A stretch of DNA of 64,000 bases from Thermodesulfovibrionia bacterium (lineage in GTDB: Bacteria; Nitrospirota; Thermodesulfovibrionia; JACRGW01), in contig CAKKSD010000050.1 of assembly GCA_919902995.1 (NCBI GenBank), positions 14,499 to 78,498 on the forward strand. The letters are read 5' to 3'. A program made the translations under genes and the position numbers. Shown here piece by piece: positions 1-10,694 of this stretch. Numbering within the stretch: the first letter of the stretch is position 1; every line of letters begins with the position of its first letter. The notes below the pieces were generated by a model that saw nothing but the letters and a program-made list of their open reading frames with translations, was not told where the DNA came from and searched no databases.

Positions 1-1
1 T

Positions 2-232
2 CTGCACCTCGAAGGATTCAAAATCATTGCTGAAAACAAGATGGATTTTTCAAGGGTTCTCGGATTGAGTGAAAACCCACCTATTGAAGGAGTAAAGATA
101 ACTGCCATTGTAAAGAGTAATGCACCTGAAGACGAGATAAAAAGAATAGAAAAATTAGCCAAAGAGAGATGTCCCGTCGTCTTCTGTATCACAAATCCTT
201 TAAAGCTTGAAACCGATTTGTTGATTCAATGA
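2..232 (+). CDS. OsmC/Ohr-family protein, C-terminal part (5' end outside window)
   Basis: Frame is open from base 2 (LHLEGFKIIAENKMDF...). C-terminus 'IEKLAKERCPVVFCITNPLKLE' fits the OsmC-type resolving Cys region. Confidence 0.65.
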   Translation: MHLEGFKIIAENKMDFSRVLGLSENPPIEGVKITAIVKSNAPEDEIKRIEKLAKERCPVVFCITNPLKLETDLLIQ

Positions 233-350
233 TGAGGTTATTTTAAATTCATTTTCTTTCTTCTGTCATACCTCAACATCTTGACAAACCTCTTGACAAT
301 AAATGTTTAAATAAAGTATCATTTCTTTGTAAGCATAAGAGAAATTCAAA

Positions 351-2783
351 ATGTTTGAGAAATTTACTGACAGAGGACGAAAGGTCATAATCCTTGCAAG
401 AGAAGAGGCAGAGAAACATCAGAATGATTACCTCGGCACCGAACATCTCCTTTTAGGTATCCTCAAAGATGAGGAAGGGCTCCCTGTAGCGATCCTGAGA
501 AAGATGGGGCTCTCAATTGATGAAGTAAAATTAGAGGTGGAAAGGACACTGCCGAGCGGTTCAAATATCCTCACTTTTGGTGAAATACCGTTTACACCGA
601 GGGCAAAGAAGGTTCTCGAGTTAGCCGTGGAAGAAGCCAAACTTCTCGGTCACAATTATATCGGTAGCGAACATCTTCTTCTCGGCCTTATCAGAGAGGA
701 AGAAGGAATTGGAGGAAAGATACTCAGAAGTCTTGGGACAAACTTATTAGGTGCAAGACAGCTTACCATAAACTTTGTCCTGAGAAATCAGCCTCACGGA
801 AAGGACAAGAAGACAGCCACACCTGCCCTTGACGAGTTTGGAAGGGATCTCACACAACTTGCAAAAGAACATAAACTTGACCCTGTAATTGGGAGAGAAA
901 ACGAAATAGAGAGGGTTCTTCAGATCCTCTGCCGTAGAACAAAGAACAATCCTGCAATTATAGGGGAGCCAGGAGTTGGCAAGACCGCTATTGTCGAAGG
1001 GCTGGCACAGAGGATTGTCAATAACGACGTCCCTGAAAATCTGCTTAATAAGAGAATTGTATCCTTAGACCTGGGTTCACTGATAGCAGGAACCAAATAT
1101 AGAGGCCAGTTTGAAGAAAGGCTTAAGATCGTAATGAAAGAGATTACTCAGGCAGATAATATAATTCTTTTCATCGATGAACTCCATACCTTGGTAGGTG
1201 CAGGGGCTGCAGAGGGATCAATAGACGCATCCAACATGCTTAAGCCCGCCCTATCCAGAGGGGAAATACACTGCATTGGAGCCACAACTCTTGATGAGTA
1301 TAGAAAGTATATCGAGAAGGACGGATCCTTAGAACGGAGGTTTCAGCCAATATATATCCAGGCTCCTACTACAGATGAAACAATCAAGATCATTAAGGGT
1401 TTAAGATCAAGATATGAGTCCCATCATAGGGTAAAGATTACAGACGGGGCTATTATCTCTGCTGTAAAACTATCAGACCGTTACATCTCAGACCGATTCC
1501 TCCCAGATAAGGCTGTAGATGTTATAGATGAGGCCTGCTCAAGGGCTAAACTTATCAGGTTTACACCTCCCTCTGAACTAAAGAGCATGGAAAAGGAGCT
1601 GAAGAAACTATCAAGAGAAAAGAACCTTTATCTAAAACTACAGGACTATGAAAAGGCATCAACACTAAAGTTAGAAGAAGAACATCTTAGGGCACTACTT
1701 GAAGAGATGCAGAAGAGCTGGAGAGAGAACCAGGAAAAAGATCTTCCCATAATTACTGAAGAGGTTGTTGCTTCGGTTGTATCGAAGATCACGAGTATAC
1801 CCCTCTTCAAACTTGAAGAGAAAGAGTCAGACAAGCTTTTAAGAATGGAGGAGGGACTCCATAAGCGAATTGTTGGACAGGATGAAGCTATACAGGCTGT
1901 TTCAAGGGCTATAAGAAGATCAAGGGCAGGGCTTAAGAGCCGAAAGAAGCCGATAGGGTCTTTCATATTCCTTGGACCTACTGGTGTTGGAAAGACAGAG
2001 TTAGCAAGGGCGTTAGCTGCCTTCCTTTTCGATGATGAGAATGCCCTTATAAAAGTAGATATGTCAGAATATATGGAGAAGTTCAGTGTCTCCCGTCTTA
2101 CCGGTGCACCTCCAGGGTACGTAGGATACGAGGAGGGCGGTCAACTTACCGAGAAGGTAAGGCGAAGGCCCTATTCTGTTGTACTACTTGATGAGATTGA
2201 GAAAGCCCATCCTGATGTCTTTAACATTCTTCTCCAGGTTCTGGACGATGGAATTCTTACTGACAGTTTTGGAAGGAAGGTAGATTTTAAGAATACCGTG
2301 GTAATTATGACCTCAAATATCGGCGCAAGGGTCATAGAGAAGGATACCCCCTTAGGTTTCCAGAAATCTGATTTCAAGGACTCAGTACAGAAGATGAAGG
2401 AGATTGTCCTTCTTGAGCTTAAGAAAATCTTTAATCCTGAATTCCTCAACAGGGTAGATGAGTCAGTAGTATTCCATCCTCTTACAAAGGACCACCTTCT
2501 CAAGATAATTGACCTTTTAATTGGAGAGCTGAACAGTCAGATATCCGAACAGAGCCTGACACTGGAAGTGTCCCCTGAAATTAAAGACTGGATATTGGAT
2601 AAATATTACCAGCCTGCTTATGGGGCAAGACCTATGAGAAGGGCTATTCAGAAATGTATAGAAGATCCGCTCTCCGAGGAGATACTTAAAGGCAGATTTA
2701 AGGATACAAAAACCGTAAAGATTATCCTTGAAAATGGAAACTCTATCTTTGTAGAAGAAGAGGTAGGGATGCTTGCAAGCTGA
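351..2783 (+). CDS. clpC: ATP-dependent Clp protease ATPase subunit ClpC
   Basis: 810 aa. Double Clp-N domain ([12 protein letters not shown]), two Walker A motifs ([16 protein letters not shown]), UVR-like middle coil, [11 protein letters not shown] loop. Confidence 0.95.
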   Translation: MFEKFTDRGRKVIILAREEAEKHQNDYLGTEHLLLGILKDEEGLPVAILRKMGLSIDEVKLEVERTLPSGSNILTFGEIPFTPRAKKVLELAVEEAKLLGHNYIGSEHLLLGLIREEEGIGGKILRSLGTNLLGARQLTINFVLRNQPHGKDKKTATPALDEFGRDLTQLAKEHKLDPVIGRENEIERVLQILCRRTKNNPAIIGEPGVGKTAIVEGLAQRIVNNDVPENLLNKRIVSLDLGSLIAGTKYRGQFEERLKIVMKEITQADNIILFIDELHTLVGAGAAEGSIDASNMLKPALSRGEIHCIGATTLDEYRKYIEKDGSLERRFQPIYIQAPTTDETIKIIKGLRSRYESHHRVKITDGAIISAVKLSDRYISDRFLPDKAVDVIDEACSRAKLIRFTPPSELKSMEKELKKLSREKNLYLKLQDYEKASTLKLEEEHLRALLEEMQKSWRENQEKDLPIITEEVVASVVSKITSIPLFKLEEKESDKLLRMEEGLHKRIVGQDEAIQAVSRAIRRSRAGLKSRKKPIGSFIFLGPTGVGKTELARALAAFLFDDENALIKVDMSEYMEKFSVSRLTGAPPGYVGYEEGGQLTEKVRRRPYSVVLLDEIEKAHPDVFNILLQVLDDGILTDSFGRKVDFKNTVVIMTSNIGARVIEKDTPLGFQKSDFKDSVQKMKEIVLLELKKIFNPEFLNRVDESVVFHPLTKDHLLKIIDLLIGELNSQISEQSLTLEVSPEIKDWILDKYYQPAYGARPMRRAIQKCIEDPLSEEILKGRFKDTKTVKIILENGNSIFVEEEVGMLAS

Positions 2784-2788
2784 TAGAT

Positions 2789-3634
2789 TTAAACACCGAG
2801 AACTTCCCTAAGAACCTTAAGATTCCTTATATCATCCTCTTCCTTTTTCTTCGGAGTTTCAAGTATAAAGGGAATATCTCTTACCCAGGAATGATTCAAG
2901 AAAACCCTGAAACCTTTAATACCGATAAAACCCTTACCTATATTCTCATGACGGTCAATCCTTGAACCAAGGGGCCTCTTTGAATCATTAAGATGGATAA
3001 CCTTCAGTGACTTCATACCTATGGTTTGATTCAATTTATTAAAGACCTCCTCTATTCCCCGGGATGTAGAAATATCATAACCAGAAGAAAAGGCATGGCA
3101 TGTATCAAAACATATACCTCCTACAATTCCACCCTCTGTCTTTTTCAACATCTCTGACAACTGCTCAAAGGTATAACCAATCTCTCCCCTTTCACCTGCT
3201 GTATTCTCAAGGAGAACCTTTGTAGAACCTTTATGTTTTTCAGAGACAGAAATCAGTGTTTCTACCACCCTCTTTTCACCTTCCCTTTCATCAGAATCTC
3301 TGATACTACCAATGTGTGTAATGAGATAATCTGCACCTAAAATATCTGCCCTTTCAATCTCGGAAATAAAGAGTTCCTTAGATTTCCTGTAGAGTTCTTT
3401 ATCAGGTGTGCATAGGTTAATAAGGTATGAGGTATGAACATATAACGGTCTGATGTCTGCCTCTTCCCTGATCTTCCTGAAAAGCCTTACTTCATCATCA
3501 TTCAGTTCTTTTAGTCCCCATCCCCTCGGGCTATGGGAGAATATCTGCATCGTGTTGCATCCGAGTGTCTTAGCCCGTTCTACTGCTTTATGTATCCTTC
3601 CCGCTATAGACACATGAACACCCAAGCGAATCAT
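2789..3634 (-). CDS. nfo: Endonuclease IV (AP endonuclease)
   Basis: GVHVSIAG, QIFSHSPR, YLINL, LLENTAG, CFDTCH, HLNDSK, DRHENIG, ILETP motifs. Confidence 0.93.
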   Translation of the reverse strand: MIRLGVHVSIAGRIHKAVERAKTLGCNTMQIFSHSPRGWGLKELNDDEVRLFRKIREEADIRPLYVHTSYLINLCTPDKELYRKSKELFISEIERADILGADYLITHIGSIRDSDEREGEKRVVETLISVSEKHKGSTKVLLENTAGERGEIGYTFEQLSEMLKKTEGGIVGGICFDTCHAFSSGYDISTSRGIEEVFNKLNQTIGMKSLKVIHLNDSKRPLGSRIDRHENIGKGFIGIKGFRVFLNHSWVRDIPFILETPKKKEEDDIRNLKVLREVLGV

Positions 3635-3658
3635 ATTTAGAGAGGAACAATATCTTTG

Positions 3659-4168
3659 TTATTTCACTGCTTCTATTAAAAAGTTATCTTCATCTAAATG
3701 CTCAAATCTCACATTTCGAAAGCCTGATTCTTCTATGATTTTTCTAAGGTCTTCAAGCGTATAGAAGCAGCAGGTAGTTTTGTCTCTGACTTCTTTTATC
3801 ATGCACTCAACTACCACGAGTTTGCCTTTAGGTTTCATAATTCTTCTTATCTCATCAAGAGCTTGCAGGGGGTTCTCAAGGTGGTGCAAAGTGTAGCTAA
3901 GTGTTACTGAATCAAATTCTTCTTTTCTGAAGCTCAACCTTTGCGCATCCCCGCGAACGCAACTAACAAAAGGTGAGACCTTCTTTTTCTTGGCTGCCTT
4001 TTCAGCTTTTTTAAAGTTTGCGTCGCTCACGTCCAAGCCCACGACCAGCTTTTTCAGTTCCTTGGCTAAATCGGTTGCGAGGTCGCCGTCTTCGCAGCCT
4101 ATGTCCAGAACTTTCCGTGCCCCTCTAAGTTTCTGAACAATTTTTTTATTTATCGAGTCTTGACCCAT
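3659..4168 (-). CDS. Class I SAM-dependent methyltransferase
   Basis: Motif I variant VLDIGCEDG, GLD, GDAQRL, LHHL, KPKG. Confidence 0.85.
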   Translation of the reverse strand: MGQDSINKKIVQKLRGARKVLDIGCEDGDLATDLAKELKKLVVGLDVSDANFKKAEKAAKKKKVSPFVSCVRGDAQRLSFRKEEFDSVTLSYTLHHLENPLQALDEIRRIMKPKGKLVVVECMIKEVRDKTTCCFYTLEDLRKIIEESGFRNVRFEHLDEDNFLIEAVK

Positions 4169-4298
4169 AATCCTTTACCTCAGCCTTGAGAATCCCCTCC
4201 GCTTCTTTAAGTTACTATCTTTATTTTCCGCTAACCTATATTAGCATAGAAAAAATCTGATTTAAATAAAACCAATACAAAAAATCTTTTTAAATCAT

Positions 4299-4430
4299 GA
4301 ATTACGAAAGGGTTATCGCTAAAGTGTCACCCTGAACTTGTTTCAGGGCAAGGTTCAGAACGACATTTTCAAGGTTCAGCATGACACAGACCGTAGGTTT
4401 ATTAGGTTTATATTATACCCTTCGTAATTC
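4299..4430. repeat. Miniature element: GAATTACGAA...TTCGTAATTC terminal inverted repeats around a GTCA...TGAC palindromic unit
   Basis: gaattacgaa at 4299-4308 and ttcgtaattc at 4421-4430. Interior gtcaccctgaacttgtttcaggg...ggttcagcatgac. Confidence 0.6.
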
Positions 4431-4511
4431 GGGTTTATATCTAAAGTGTGTAGACTATTCAGACCAGTCTCCTTGAAAAATAAGGATAATACCGTTATAG
4501 TAGAGACATCT

Positions 4512-6044
4512 ATGAGATCATCCGCTCCTAAAAGTATAAATTTCTATCTCCCTTCTTTCTCAGGAATCCTCCTGATACTCATATTCCCTAAATTCGATCT
4601 TGAATTGGTTGCCTGGGTAGCGCTGGTTCCACTCCTCCTTTCTATCTCGATGACTGATGATCGAAAGACTGCCTTTCATTCAGGGTTCATCGCAGGTTTT
4701 ATCTATTTCTTGGGAACAACCTACTGGGTAGTGAATTCTATATACTATTACGGTCATCTCCCTTTTTTTCTGAGTGTCATGATCCTCTTGGGTATGGTTG
4801 TAACCCTGAGTCTTTATATTGGTCTATTCAGCTTTCTCTATCACTTTATTTTAAAAAATATACCCCTACCTTCCTCTCTTATTGCACCACTCCTCTGGAC
4901 ATCAATAGAGTTTGTGAGGACCTATCTACTTTCAGGATTCCCCTGGTCGAGTCTCGGTTATTCTCAGTATAGATCCCTTCCTGTAATTCAGATTGCGGAT
5001 GTTACAGGGATCTATGGAATTTCCTTCCTTATAGTTGCAATAAATGCGGCTATAGTTGATTTCTTCATGTTTAGAAAAACTAAGAGGATGTCTCTTATCC
5101 TTGGGCCCGTCCTCTCTATAATCCTTCTTGTCGTCACCTTAGGATATGGTTTTCTGGCACTTAAAGAATCAGATGCAGGTAAAGTTATTAAGATAAGTCT
5201 TGTACAGGGCAATATTGAACAGGATATGAAATGGAACCAGAAATATCAGAGGGAAGTCTTCAATGCATATCTGAGACTTACAAGGGATTCATTAAGTCAT
5301 AATCCTGATATTGTAATCTGGCCAGAGGCCTCAACACCCTTTTACTTTGGAAGGGATAAGGAATATACCGATGAACTTACCAGTTTTGTTAAGGAGCATA
5401 AAATCTACCTCCTTTTCGGAACACCAAGGGTTAAATCATTTGAAAAGGGAAGATATACTCTGGCAAATAGTGCCTATCTCTTATTCCCTTCTGGAGAAAT
5501 TAAAGGTATTTATGATAAAATACATTTAGTCCCTTTCGGGGAGTATGTCCCGATGAAGAGTGTACTCTTCTTCGTAGATAAACTCGTAGTGGCAATTGGA
5601 GACTTCTCGCCTGGAGAAAGATATGAGGTCTTCGAGACTCCAAAGGGGAAATTTGGACTGGTCATATGTTATGAGATAATATTCCCTGGGCTGGTAAGGA
5701 AATTTGTTAAAGGAGGTGCTGATTTTATTGCCACGATCACAAATGATGCATGGTTTGGGAATACCGCTGCCCCCTATCAGCATTTCAGCATGGCAGTTCT
5801 GAGGGCTGTTGAAAACAGGGTCTCTATAGCAAGGGCTGCTAATACAGGTGTCTCAGGATTTATTGATTCCAAAGGGAGGATCTTAAAGGCAAGTGGAATA
5901 TTTCATGAAGGAACATATACAGGCGACATAAGAATAGGGCCAAGAAAAACATTTTATACAACGTATGGGGATATATTCACATATGTATGTCTTGGTTTGA
6001 CCGTTGGGTTTTATTTTTTGGCTATGGCGTATAAAAAACCTTAA
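4512..6044 (+). CDS. lnt: Apolipoprotein N-acyltransferase
   Basis: Multiple TM helices, GFPW, QGNI, WPE, YDKIHLVPFGEYVP, ICYEIIFP, NDAWFG. ATG at 4512 preferred over the upstream GTG. Confidence 0.93.
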   Translation: MRSSAPKSINFYLPSFSGILLILIFPKFDLELVAWVALVPLLLSISMTDDRKTAFHSGFIAGFIYFLGTTYWVVNSIYYYGHLPFFLSVMILLGMVVTLSLYIGLFSFLYHFILKNIPLPSSLIAPLLWTSIEFVRTYLLSGFPWSSLGYSQYRSLPVIQIADVTGIYGISFLIVAINAAIVDFFMFRKTKRMSLILGPVLSIILLVVTLGYGFLALKESDAGKVIKISLVQGNIEQDMKWNQKYQREVFNAYLRLTRDSLSHNPDIVIWPEASTPFYFGRDKEYTDELTSFVKEHKIYLLFGTPRVKSFEKGRYTLANSAYLLFPSGEIKGIYDKIHLVPFGEYVPMKSVLFFVDKLVVAIGDFSPGERYEVFETPKGKFGLVICYEIIFPGLVRKFVKGGADFIATITNDAWFGNTAAPYQHFSMAVLRAVENRVSIARAANTGVSGFIDSKGRILKASGIFHEGTYTGDIRIGPRKTFYTTYGDIFTYVCLGLTVGFYFLAMAYKKP

Positions 6045-6048
6045 AATT

Positions 6049-6105
6049 GTCATGCTGAACTCGTTTCAGCATCTACTTGAGATTCTGAAATAAATTCAGA
6101 ATGAC
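6049..6105. repeat. GTCAT...ATGAC paired-palindrome mini-element
   Basis: gtcatgctgaactcgtttcagcatct...agattctgaaataaattcagaatgac. Confidence 0.8.
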
Positions 6106-6131
6106 ACAAAAGAAAACTATGGAGGTTATCA

Positions 6132-7230
6132 ATGTTAGACGAAGAATCGAGAGAGATAGAAGAACTCGAAACAAGGCTCAATACCCTCAGGGGGTATCTT
6201 TGAAATAGAAAAGAAAGAAAGCAGAATAAAGGAGATAGAGAAGATGATGGAAGCCCAGGATTTCTGGGAGAATGTTCCTTCTGCCCACGCCCTTCTGAAA
6301 GAGAAGTCCACACTTGAAGTGTCAATCAATAATTTCTATTACCTTCAGGGAAGGCTTGAAGACCTTGAGATAATGATCGAGCTTTCAGAGGAAGAAGAAG
6401 ATACATTTATATCAGAAATAGAAAAGGGTCTTAAAGAATTAAACAGTGAATTCCAGAAGATCGAAATAGAAACAATGTTAAGCGGTGAGAAGGACAGTCA
6501 TAATGCCATCGTCTCGATCCATCCCGGGGCTGGTGGTACAGAATCTCAGGACTGGGCACAGATGCTCATGCGCATGTACCTCAGGTGGGCAGACAGTCAT
6601 AATTTCAAGACTGAAATCATTGATATTCTTCCCGGAGAAGAGGCGGGTATTAAGAGTGTCACTATTATGGTCGCAGGTGAATATGCCTATGGTTACTTGA
6701 AGGCAGAGGCAGGGATCCATCGCCTCGTAAGGATTTCTCCTTTCGATGCAAGCAAACGCAGACATACATCGTTCGCTTCAGTATTTGTTCATCCTGAGAT
6801 AGAAGAAGACATAGAAATTGACATAAAGGATGATGATTTAAGGATCGAGACCTTCAGGGCAAGTGGTGCAGGCGGTCAGCATGTGAATAAGACATCTTCT
6901 GCAGTAAGGATAACCCATATTCCTACAGGGGTTGTTGTTCAGTGCCAGAACGAAAGGTCACAGCATAAGAACAAGGCGACCGCCATGAAGGTATTGCGGT
7001 CAAAACTCTATGAACTCAAGGAGGAAGAGCAGGCTAAGAAGATGGAAGAGATTTTAAGCGAGAAAAAGGAGATCGCCTGGGGAAGCCAGATACGCTCCTA
7101 TATCCTCCAGCCCTACCAGATGGTCAAAGACCACAGGACAAACCTCGAGGTCGGAAATGTAAACGCTGTCCTCGACGGAGACATAGACCAGTTCATTGAT
7201 GCCTATCTGTTACAGGAAGTCACCAAGTAA
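6132..7230 (+). CDS. prfB: Peptide chain release factor 2, programmed +1 frameshift at 6198-6204
   Basis: GGAGG RBS, then ATG 6132. A 23-codon ORF ends AGG GGG TAT CTT TGA A. The +1 frame from 6202 joins the ORF that has the SPF and GGQ motifs. Confidence 0.96.
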
Positions 7231-7246
7231 TCCCATCCCTCAACTT

Positions 7247-7756
7247 TTAACCCATCATTTCATCAATATCAAACCATTTCTGATCTGCCAAAATTATAGA
7301 GGTCTCAATTTGGCTTTCGGGAATTGACCAGTATTTCCTAAGCAATCTATCCTTTTCCTCTGTGGAAACCAAACGGAAATCATGTTTCTCATAGAATTTA
7401 ATAGCCCAAACAGCATCTGCCCAGGTACCAATTAATATCGGTCTATCTGTTTGCTTACAAAGATATGATAACAATTCCCCTCCTATGCCTTGATTTTGTC
7501 TCTTCCTTTGCACATAGGAGTGTCTGATTAGGGTTATATCTTGAACATCCTGGATTCCCATCACACCAATCAACTCCCTTCCTTCTTCGTATCCCCAGAA
7601 TACAACACCACTTTTTATCTCATGATGAAGTTCTACTTCAGACATATAAGGTTCTTTCCAGCAGTCTGCAGGGATTATACCTTTATATACCTTTGAAGCA
7701 TCATTTATTACTGAAAGGATAACATTGAACTCGCTTTTATTGCATAGACGTATCAT
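7247..7756 (-). CDS. GNAT-family N-acetyltransferase
   Basis: QNQGIGGELL acetyl-CoA motif and AIKFYEKHDF motif. Confidence 0.85.
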   Translation of the reverse strand: MIRLCNKSEFNVILSVINDASKVYKGIIPADCWKEPYMSEVELHHEIKSGVVFWGYEEGRELIGVMGIQDVQDITLIRHSYVQRKRQNQGIGGELLSYLCKQTDRPILIGTWADAVWAIKFYEKHDFRLVSTEEKDRLLRKYWSIPESQIETSIILADQKWFDIDEMMG

Positions 7757-7792
7757 AATTCTTATCCTGACTAAGAGTGGATGGTATAACTT

Positions 7793-8347
7793 TCAAGCTA
7801 AATGTTCAATCAATATTTTTATTCCAATACCGATTAATATCATACCTCCAACCACCTCTATTTTATTCTCAAAGAAATGTCCGAATCTATCTCCTACATA
7901 AACTCCTATGAATGATAGTAAAAATGTTATGACTCCGATTATTATTGCAGGATTTATAATCGAAATATCTAAGATCGAAAGGGTTAACCCTACTGCCAAT
8001 GCATCAATACTTGTTGCAATAGAAAGTATCAATATTACATAGATATTCAGTGGATCTAATTTCTTATCTGGATTCATCCTGGTCGATTCAAAAATCATTT
8101 TAAAACCGATCATACTTAGCAGTCCGAAGGCAATCCAGTGGTCAATGCCTGAAATAATATCTCTTAACCCTATGCCTGCCAACCACCCCACCACTGGCAT
8201 AATTGCCTGAAATAATCCGAAGAATGCTGCGAGCCTGAGGGCATGCTGGATTCTGAGATATTTAATTGTAAATCCACTTGCGACAGATACCGCAAAGGCG
8301 TCCATAGCCAGTCCTAAGGCTACAAATAGAATCGTAATTATATCCAT
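7793..8347 (-). CDS. mntP: Manganese efflux pump MntP
   Basis: Two repeats: LAMDAFAVS and ATSIDALAVG. Six TM helices. Confidence 0.92.
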   Translation of the reverse strand: MDIITILFVALGLAMDAFAVSVASGFTIKYLRIQHALRLAAFFGLFQAIMPVVGWLAGIGLRDIISGIDHWIAFGLLSMIGFKMIFESTRMNPDKKLDPLNIYVILILSIATSIDALAVGLTLSILDISIINPAIIIGVITFLLSFIGVYVGDRFGHFFENKIEVVGGMILIGIGIKILIEHLA

Positions 8348-8441
8348 TTATTATTTCGATTTAAACTTTATATCATTTAAAAACATTTTACAATAGTATC
8401 AGCATGTTAAAAGAGAATTGATAAGCTGTTTAATTTAGTCC

Positions 8442-8486
8442 TTGACATTCTTTGTAACATATGTTACAATTATATCATATGTTACA
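8442..8486 (+). promoter_or_regulatory. Sigma70 promoter overlapped by an 18-bp perfect palindromic operator plus an extra half-site
   Basis: TTGACA at 8442-8447, 17-nt spacer, TACAAT at 8465-8470. Palindrome TTGTAACATATGTTACAA at 8452-8469. CATATGTTACA repeated at 8476-8486. Confidence 0.8.
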
Positions 8487-8540
8487 TAACAAATCCCGCA
8501 CCTTCCAACGGGGTATTCTGTGAAGGTGCGGGATAAACTC

Positions 8541-9506
8541 ATGGGCTGGCTACTGATATTTTACACGGTTCCCTCAAGGCCTGTAAGTAACAGGATGAGA
8601 ATATGGCGGAGGCTCTCAAAGATAGGTGCAGTTCAGCTCAAGGGTGCTGTTTACATACTCCCATACAACGAGGGAAACTATGAGTTCTGCCAGTGGGTTG
8701 TATCAGAGGTCTCATCAATGGGAGGTGAAGGGACATTCGTTAAGATAAAGACGATCGAGACAATGAAAGAGGCTGAGATAATCAATCTATTCAATTCTCA
8801 GAGGGAAATGGATTATCACAATATTTCAAAGGGGCTTGAAGATCTTGGTAGAAAAATCGAAAGTATAAGAAAGGGAGGCCGAACAAAAGACGCCAGGATA
8901 TTTCATGAGGAACACGGCAGATATGAAAAAGAGTTTAAAGAAATACGGAAGATAGACTTCTTCTCATCAAAGGCCGGAAGTACTTTAGAAAAGAGGCTTA
9001 AAGAACTGTACGGAAAAATCAGGGGCATATCGGGGATAGCCCCAAAGGAAAAGGGGATTGCCATAGTGCTAAAAAATATCAGGGACTATAGGAACAGGAT
9101 ATGGGTCACCCGAAAAAGGCCTTTTGTGGACAGGATGGCATCTGCCTGGCTGATAAAGAGATTCATAGATAAGAATGCCCAGATCAAGTTTATTGATGAA
9201 AGGGACATGAAGGGTTTGGACAAGGATTTAGTCACCTTTGATATACAGGAAGGAGAATTTACCCATGCGGCTGATATGTGCACCTTTGAAGTACTTCTAA
9301 AATCGTTCAATATTAAGGACAGGACATTAAAAAAGATCGCTGAGATTGTCCATGAGATTGATATAAGGGATGACAGATATAAGAACCCTGAAACCATCGG
9401 GATAGAGGACATATTAACAGGGATAAGGAAGGTTACTATCGATGACCAAGAGGCCCTTGAAAAAGGGATGTCTTTATTTGAGATGCTCTACGCATCAAAA
9501 ACTTAA
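8541..9506 (+). CDS. chrB: ChrB-family (chromate resistance) regulator
   Basis: N-terminal RMRIWRRLSKIGAVQLKGAVYILP and C-terminal WVTRKRPFVDRMASAWLIKRFID...CTFEVLL. Start may be GTG 8520 or ATG 8541. Confidence 0.85.
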   Translation: MGWLLIFYTVPSRPVSNRMRIWRRLSKIGAVQLKGAVYILPYNEGNYEFCQWVVSEVSSMGGEGTFVKIKTIETMKEAEIINLFNSQREMDYHNISKGLEDLGRKIESIRKGGRTKDARIFHEEHGRYEKEFKEIRKIDFFSSKAGSTLEKRLKELYGKIRGISGIAPKEKGIAIVLKNIRDYRNRIWVTRKRPFVDRMASAWLIKRFIDKNAQIKFIDERDMKGLDKDLVTFDIQEGEFTHAADMCTFEVLLKSFNIKDRTLKKIAEIVHEIDIRDDRYKNPETIGIEDILTGIRKVTIDDQEALEKGMSLFEMLYASKT

Positions 9507-9524
9507 AAAAAGGAGGAAACGAAT

Positions 9525-9809
9525 ATGCCGCCAATTAATGACCATTTAAAGGTAAGTATGGAAAGGACAGGAAAGGATTATAGGGAGGTTCATGAATGGC
9601 TTGATGGAGACCCTGAGAAGAAGGCTGAAAGACATGACATTACAAAGATTCATGAGTATGGAAAGACAATAGAAGAAAAATACGGGAAGGAGGCACTTCA
9701 GGAATATATACAGCACATTCATGACGATGTGAAGGCAAAGTTTAATCACATACAGCATGACTTAGAAAAGGCAGTTACAGATGCGCTGGTATATTTTGGG
9801 GTGAAGTAG
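9525..9809 (+). CDS. Small His-rich hypothetical protein
   Basis: AGGAGG RBS. 94 aa with DH...EVHEWLD...ERH...HIHDD. Confidence 0.75.
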   Translation: MPPINDHLKVSMERTGKDYREVHEWLDGDPEKKAERHDITKIHEYGKTIEEKYGKEALQEYIQHIHDDVKAKFNHIQHDLEKAVTDALVYFGVK

Positions 9810-9826
9810 CGTAAATTTGTTTAAGT

Positions 9827-9977
9827 GTCATTCCTGCGGAAGCAGGAATCCAGAATAATGTCATTCCGCACTTGATGCGGAATCCAGTTCCTTAATAAGT
9901 AATAGATTCTCTATTATACGGAGACTTCACCTGTAAGCAAAGGAAGGCCACTGGATTCCCACTTTCGTGGGAATGAC
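9827..9977. repeat. GTCATTCC-N-GGAATCCAG / CTGGATTCC-N-GGAATGAC palindromic cluster (3 units)
   Basis: Units at 9827-9853 and 9860-9887, inverted unit at 9951-9977. Confidence 0.88.
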
Positions 9978-10003
9978 AAAAACGAGCTCAATCGGAGGAA
10001 ATT

Positions 10004-10558
10004 ATGACTTATAATATTCAAGACTCAGACATTGACCTTCTCAGAAATGCAGGGGTCTCTGAGGACGACATAAAACACTGTGTAAATGTAGCAGAAAAGG
10101 CATTAGAAATTGCAGAACGAACTGGCGCAAATGTTGACCTGGAACTCATCGGTAGGGGTGCCTTATTTCACGACCTCGGCAAAGCAATAACACATGAGAT
10201 TGAACATGGAAAGATCGGTGCCGAGATTGGGAATCATTTAGGACTTTCAAAGGAAATTACAGATATAATGGAGAAACACATCAGGGGAGGACTGACAGAA
10301 GAAGAGGCAAGAGAACTCGGATTGCCTGTAAAAGACTACACCCTCAGGACATTAGAAGAAAGGATTGTGATTTACTCTGACAGACTTGCAGATATAATCA
10401 TGGATGGCATTGTTGATATTAGAGGGGATGAACTGGAGGCTGAAAGGAGATTTGAGGAGATACTCATGGAATATCCGAAATACGGAAAGAATGAAAAAAC
10501 CCTGAATCGGTATATTGTATATCACAGGGAGATGCAGGGGTTGATGGGTAGCAAATAA
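10004..10558 (+). CDS. HDIG/HD-domain metal-dependent phosphohydrolase
   Basis: H...ALFHDLGK...H...KHIRGG...TLEERIVIYSD. GGAGG RBS. Confidence 0.85.
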   Translation: MTYNIQDSDIDLLRNAGVSEDDIKHCVNVAEKALEIAERTGANVDLELIGRGALFHDLGKAITHEIEHGKIGAEIGNHLGLSKEITDIMEKHIRGGLTEEEARELGLPVKDYTLRTLEERIVIYSDRLADIIMDGIVDIRGDELEAERRFEEILMEYPKYGKNEKTLNRYIVYHREMQGLMGSK

Positions 10559-10572
10559 CGCTTAGCACAAAA

Positions 10573-10677
10573 TGTCATTGCGAGGAGTTCCGATTTATCG
10601 GAACGACGAAGCAATCTCAAAGCGTTACGAGTTACGACTTAAGAAAGAGATTGCTTCGCCTTCGGCTCGCAATGACA
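10573..10677. repeat. GTCATTGCGAG...CTCGCAATGAC palindromic mini-element
   Basis: tgtcattgcgaggag...cgacgaagcaatctc ... gagattgcttcg...ctcgcaatgaca. Confidence 0.88.
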
Positions 10678-10694
10678 GAAAGAAGCATTCATAG

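Noticed and set aside
279..299. TCTTGACAA direct repeat upstream of clpC as a CtsR box
   Set aside because: The period is 12 nt and the sequence does not match the CtsR heptad repeat. Tandem -35 hexamers explain it adequately.
6050..6325. Antisense and nested ORFs of 60-175 aa in the ORF track (this one and others across the window)
   Set aside because: They shadow well-supported genes or repeats and show no recognisable motifs.
8348..8441. yybP-ykoY Mn riboswitch upstream of mntP
   Set aside because: The region is very AT-rich with no recognisable helices or conserved motifs.
9827..10677. Clustered palindromic repeats as a CRISPR array
   Set aside because: Units differ in sequence, occur in inverted pairs and lack regular spacers. 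No cas genes are present.
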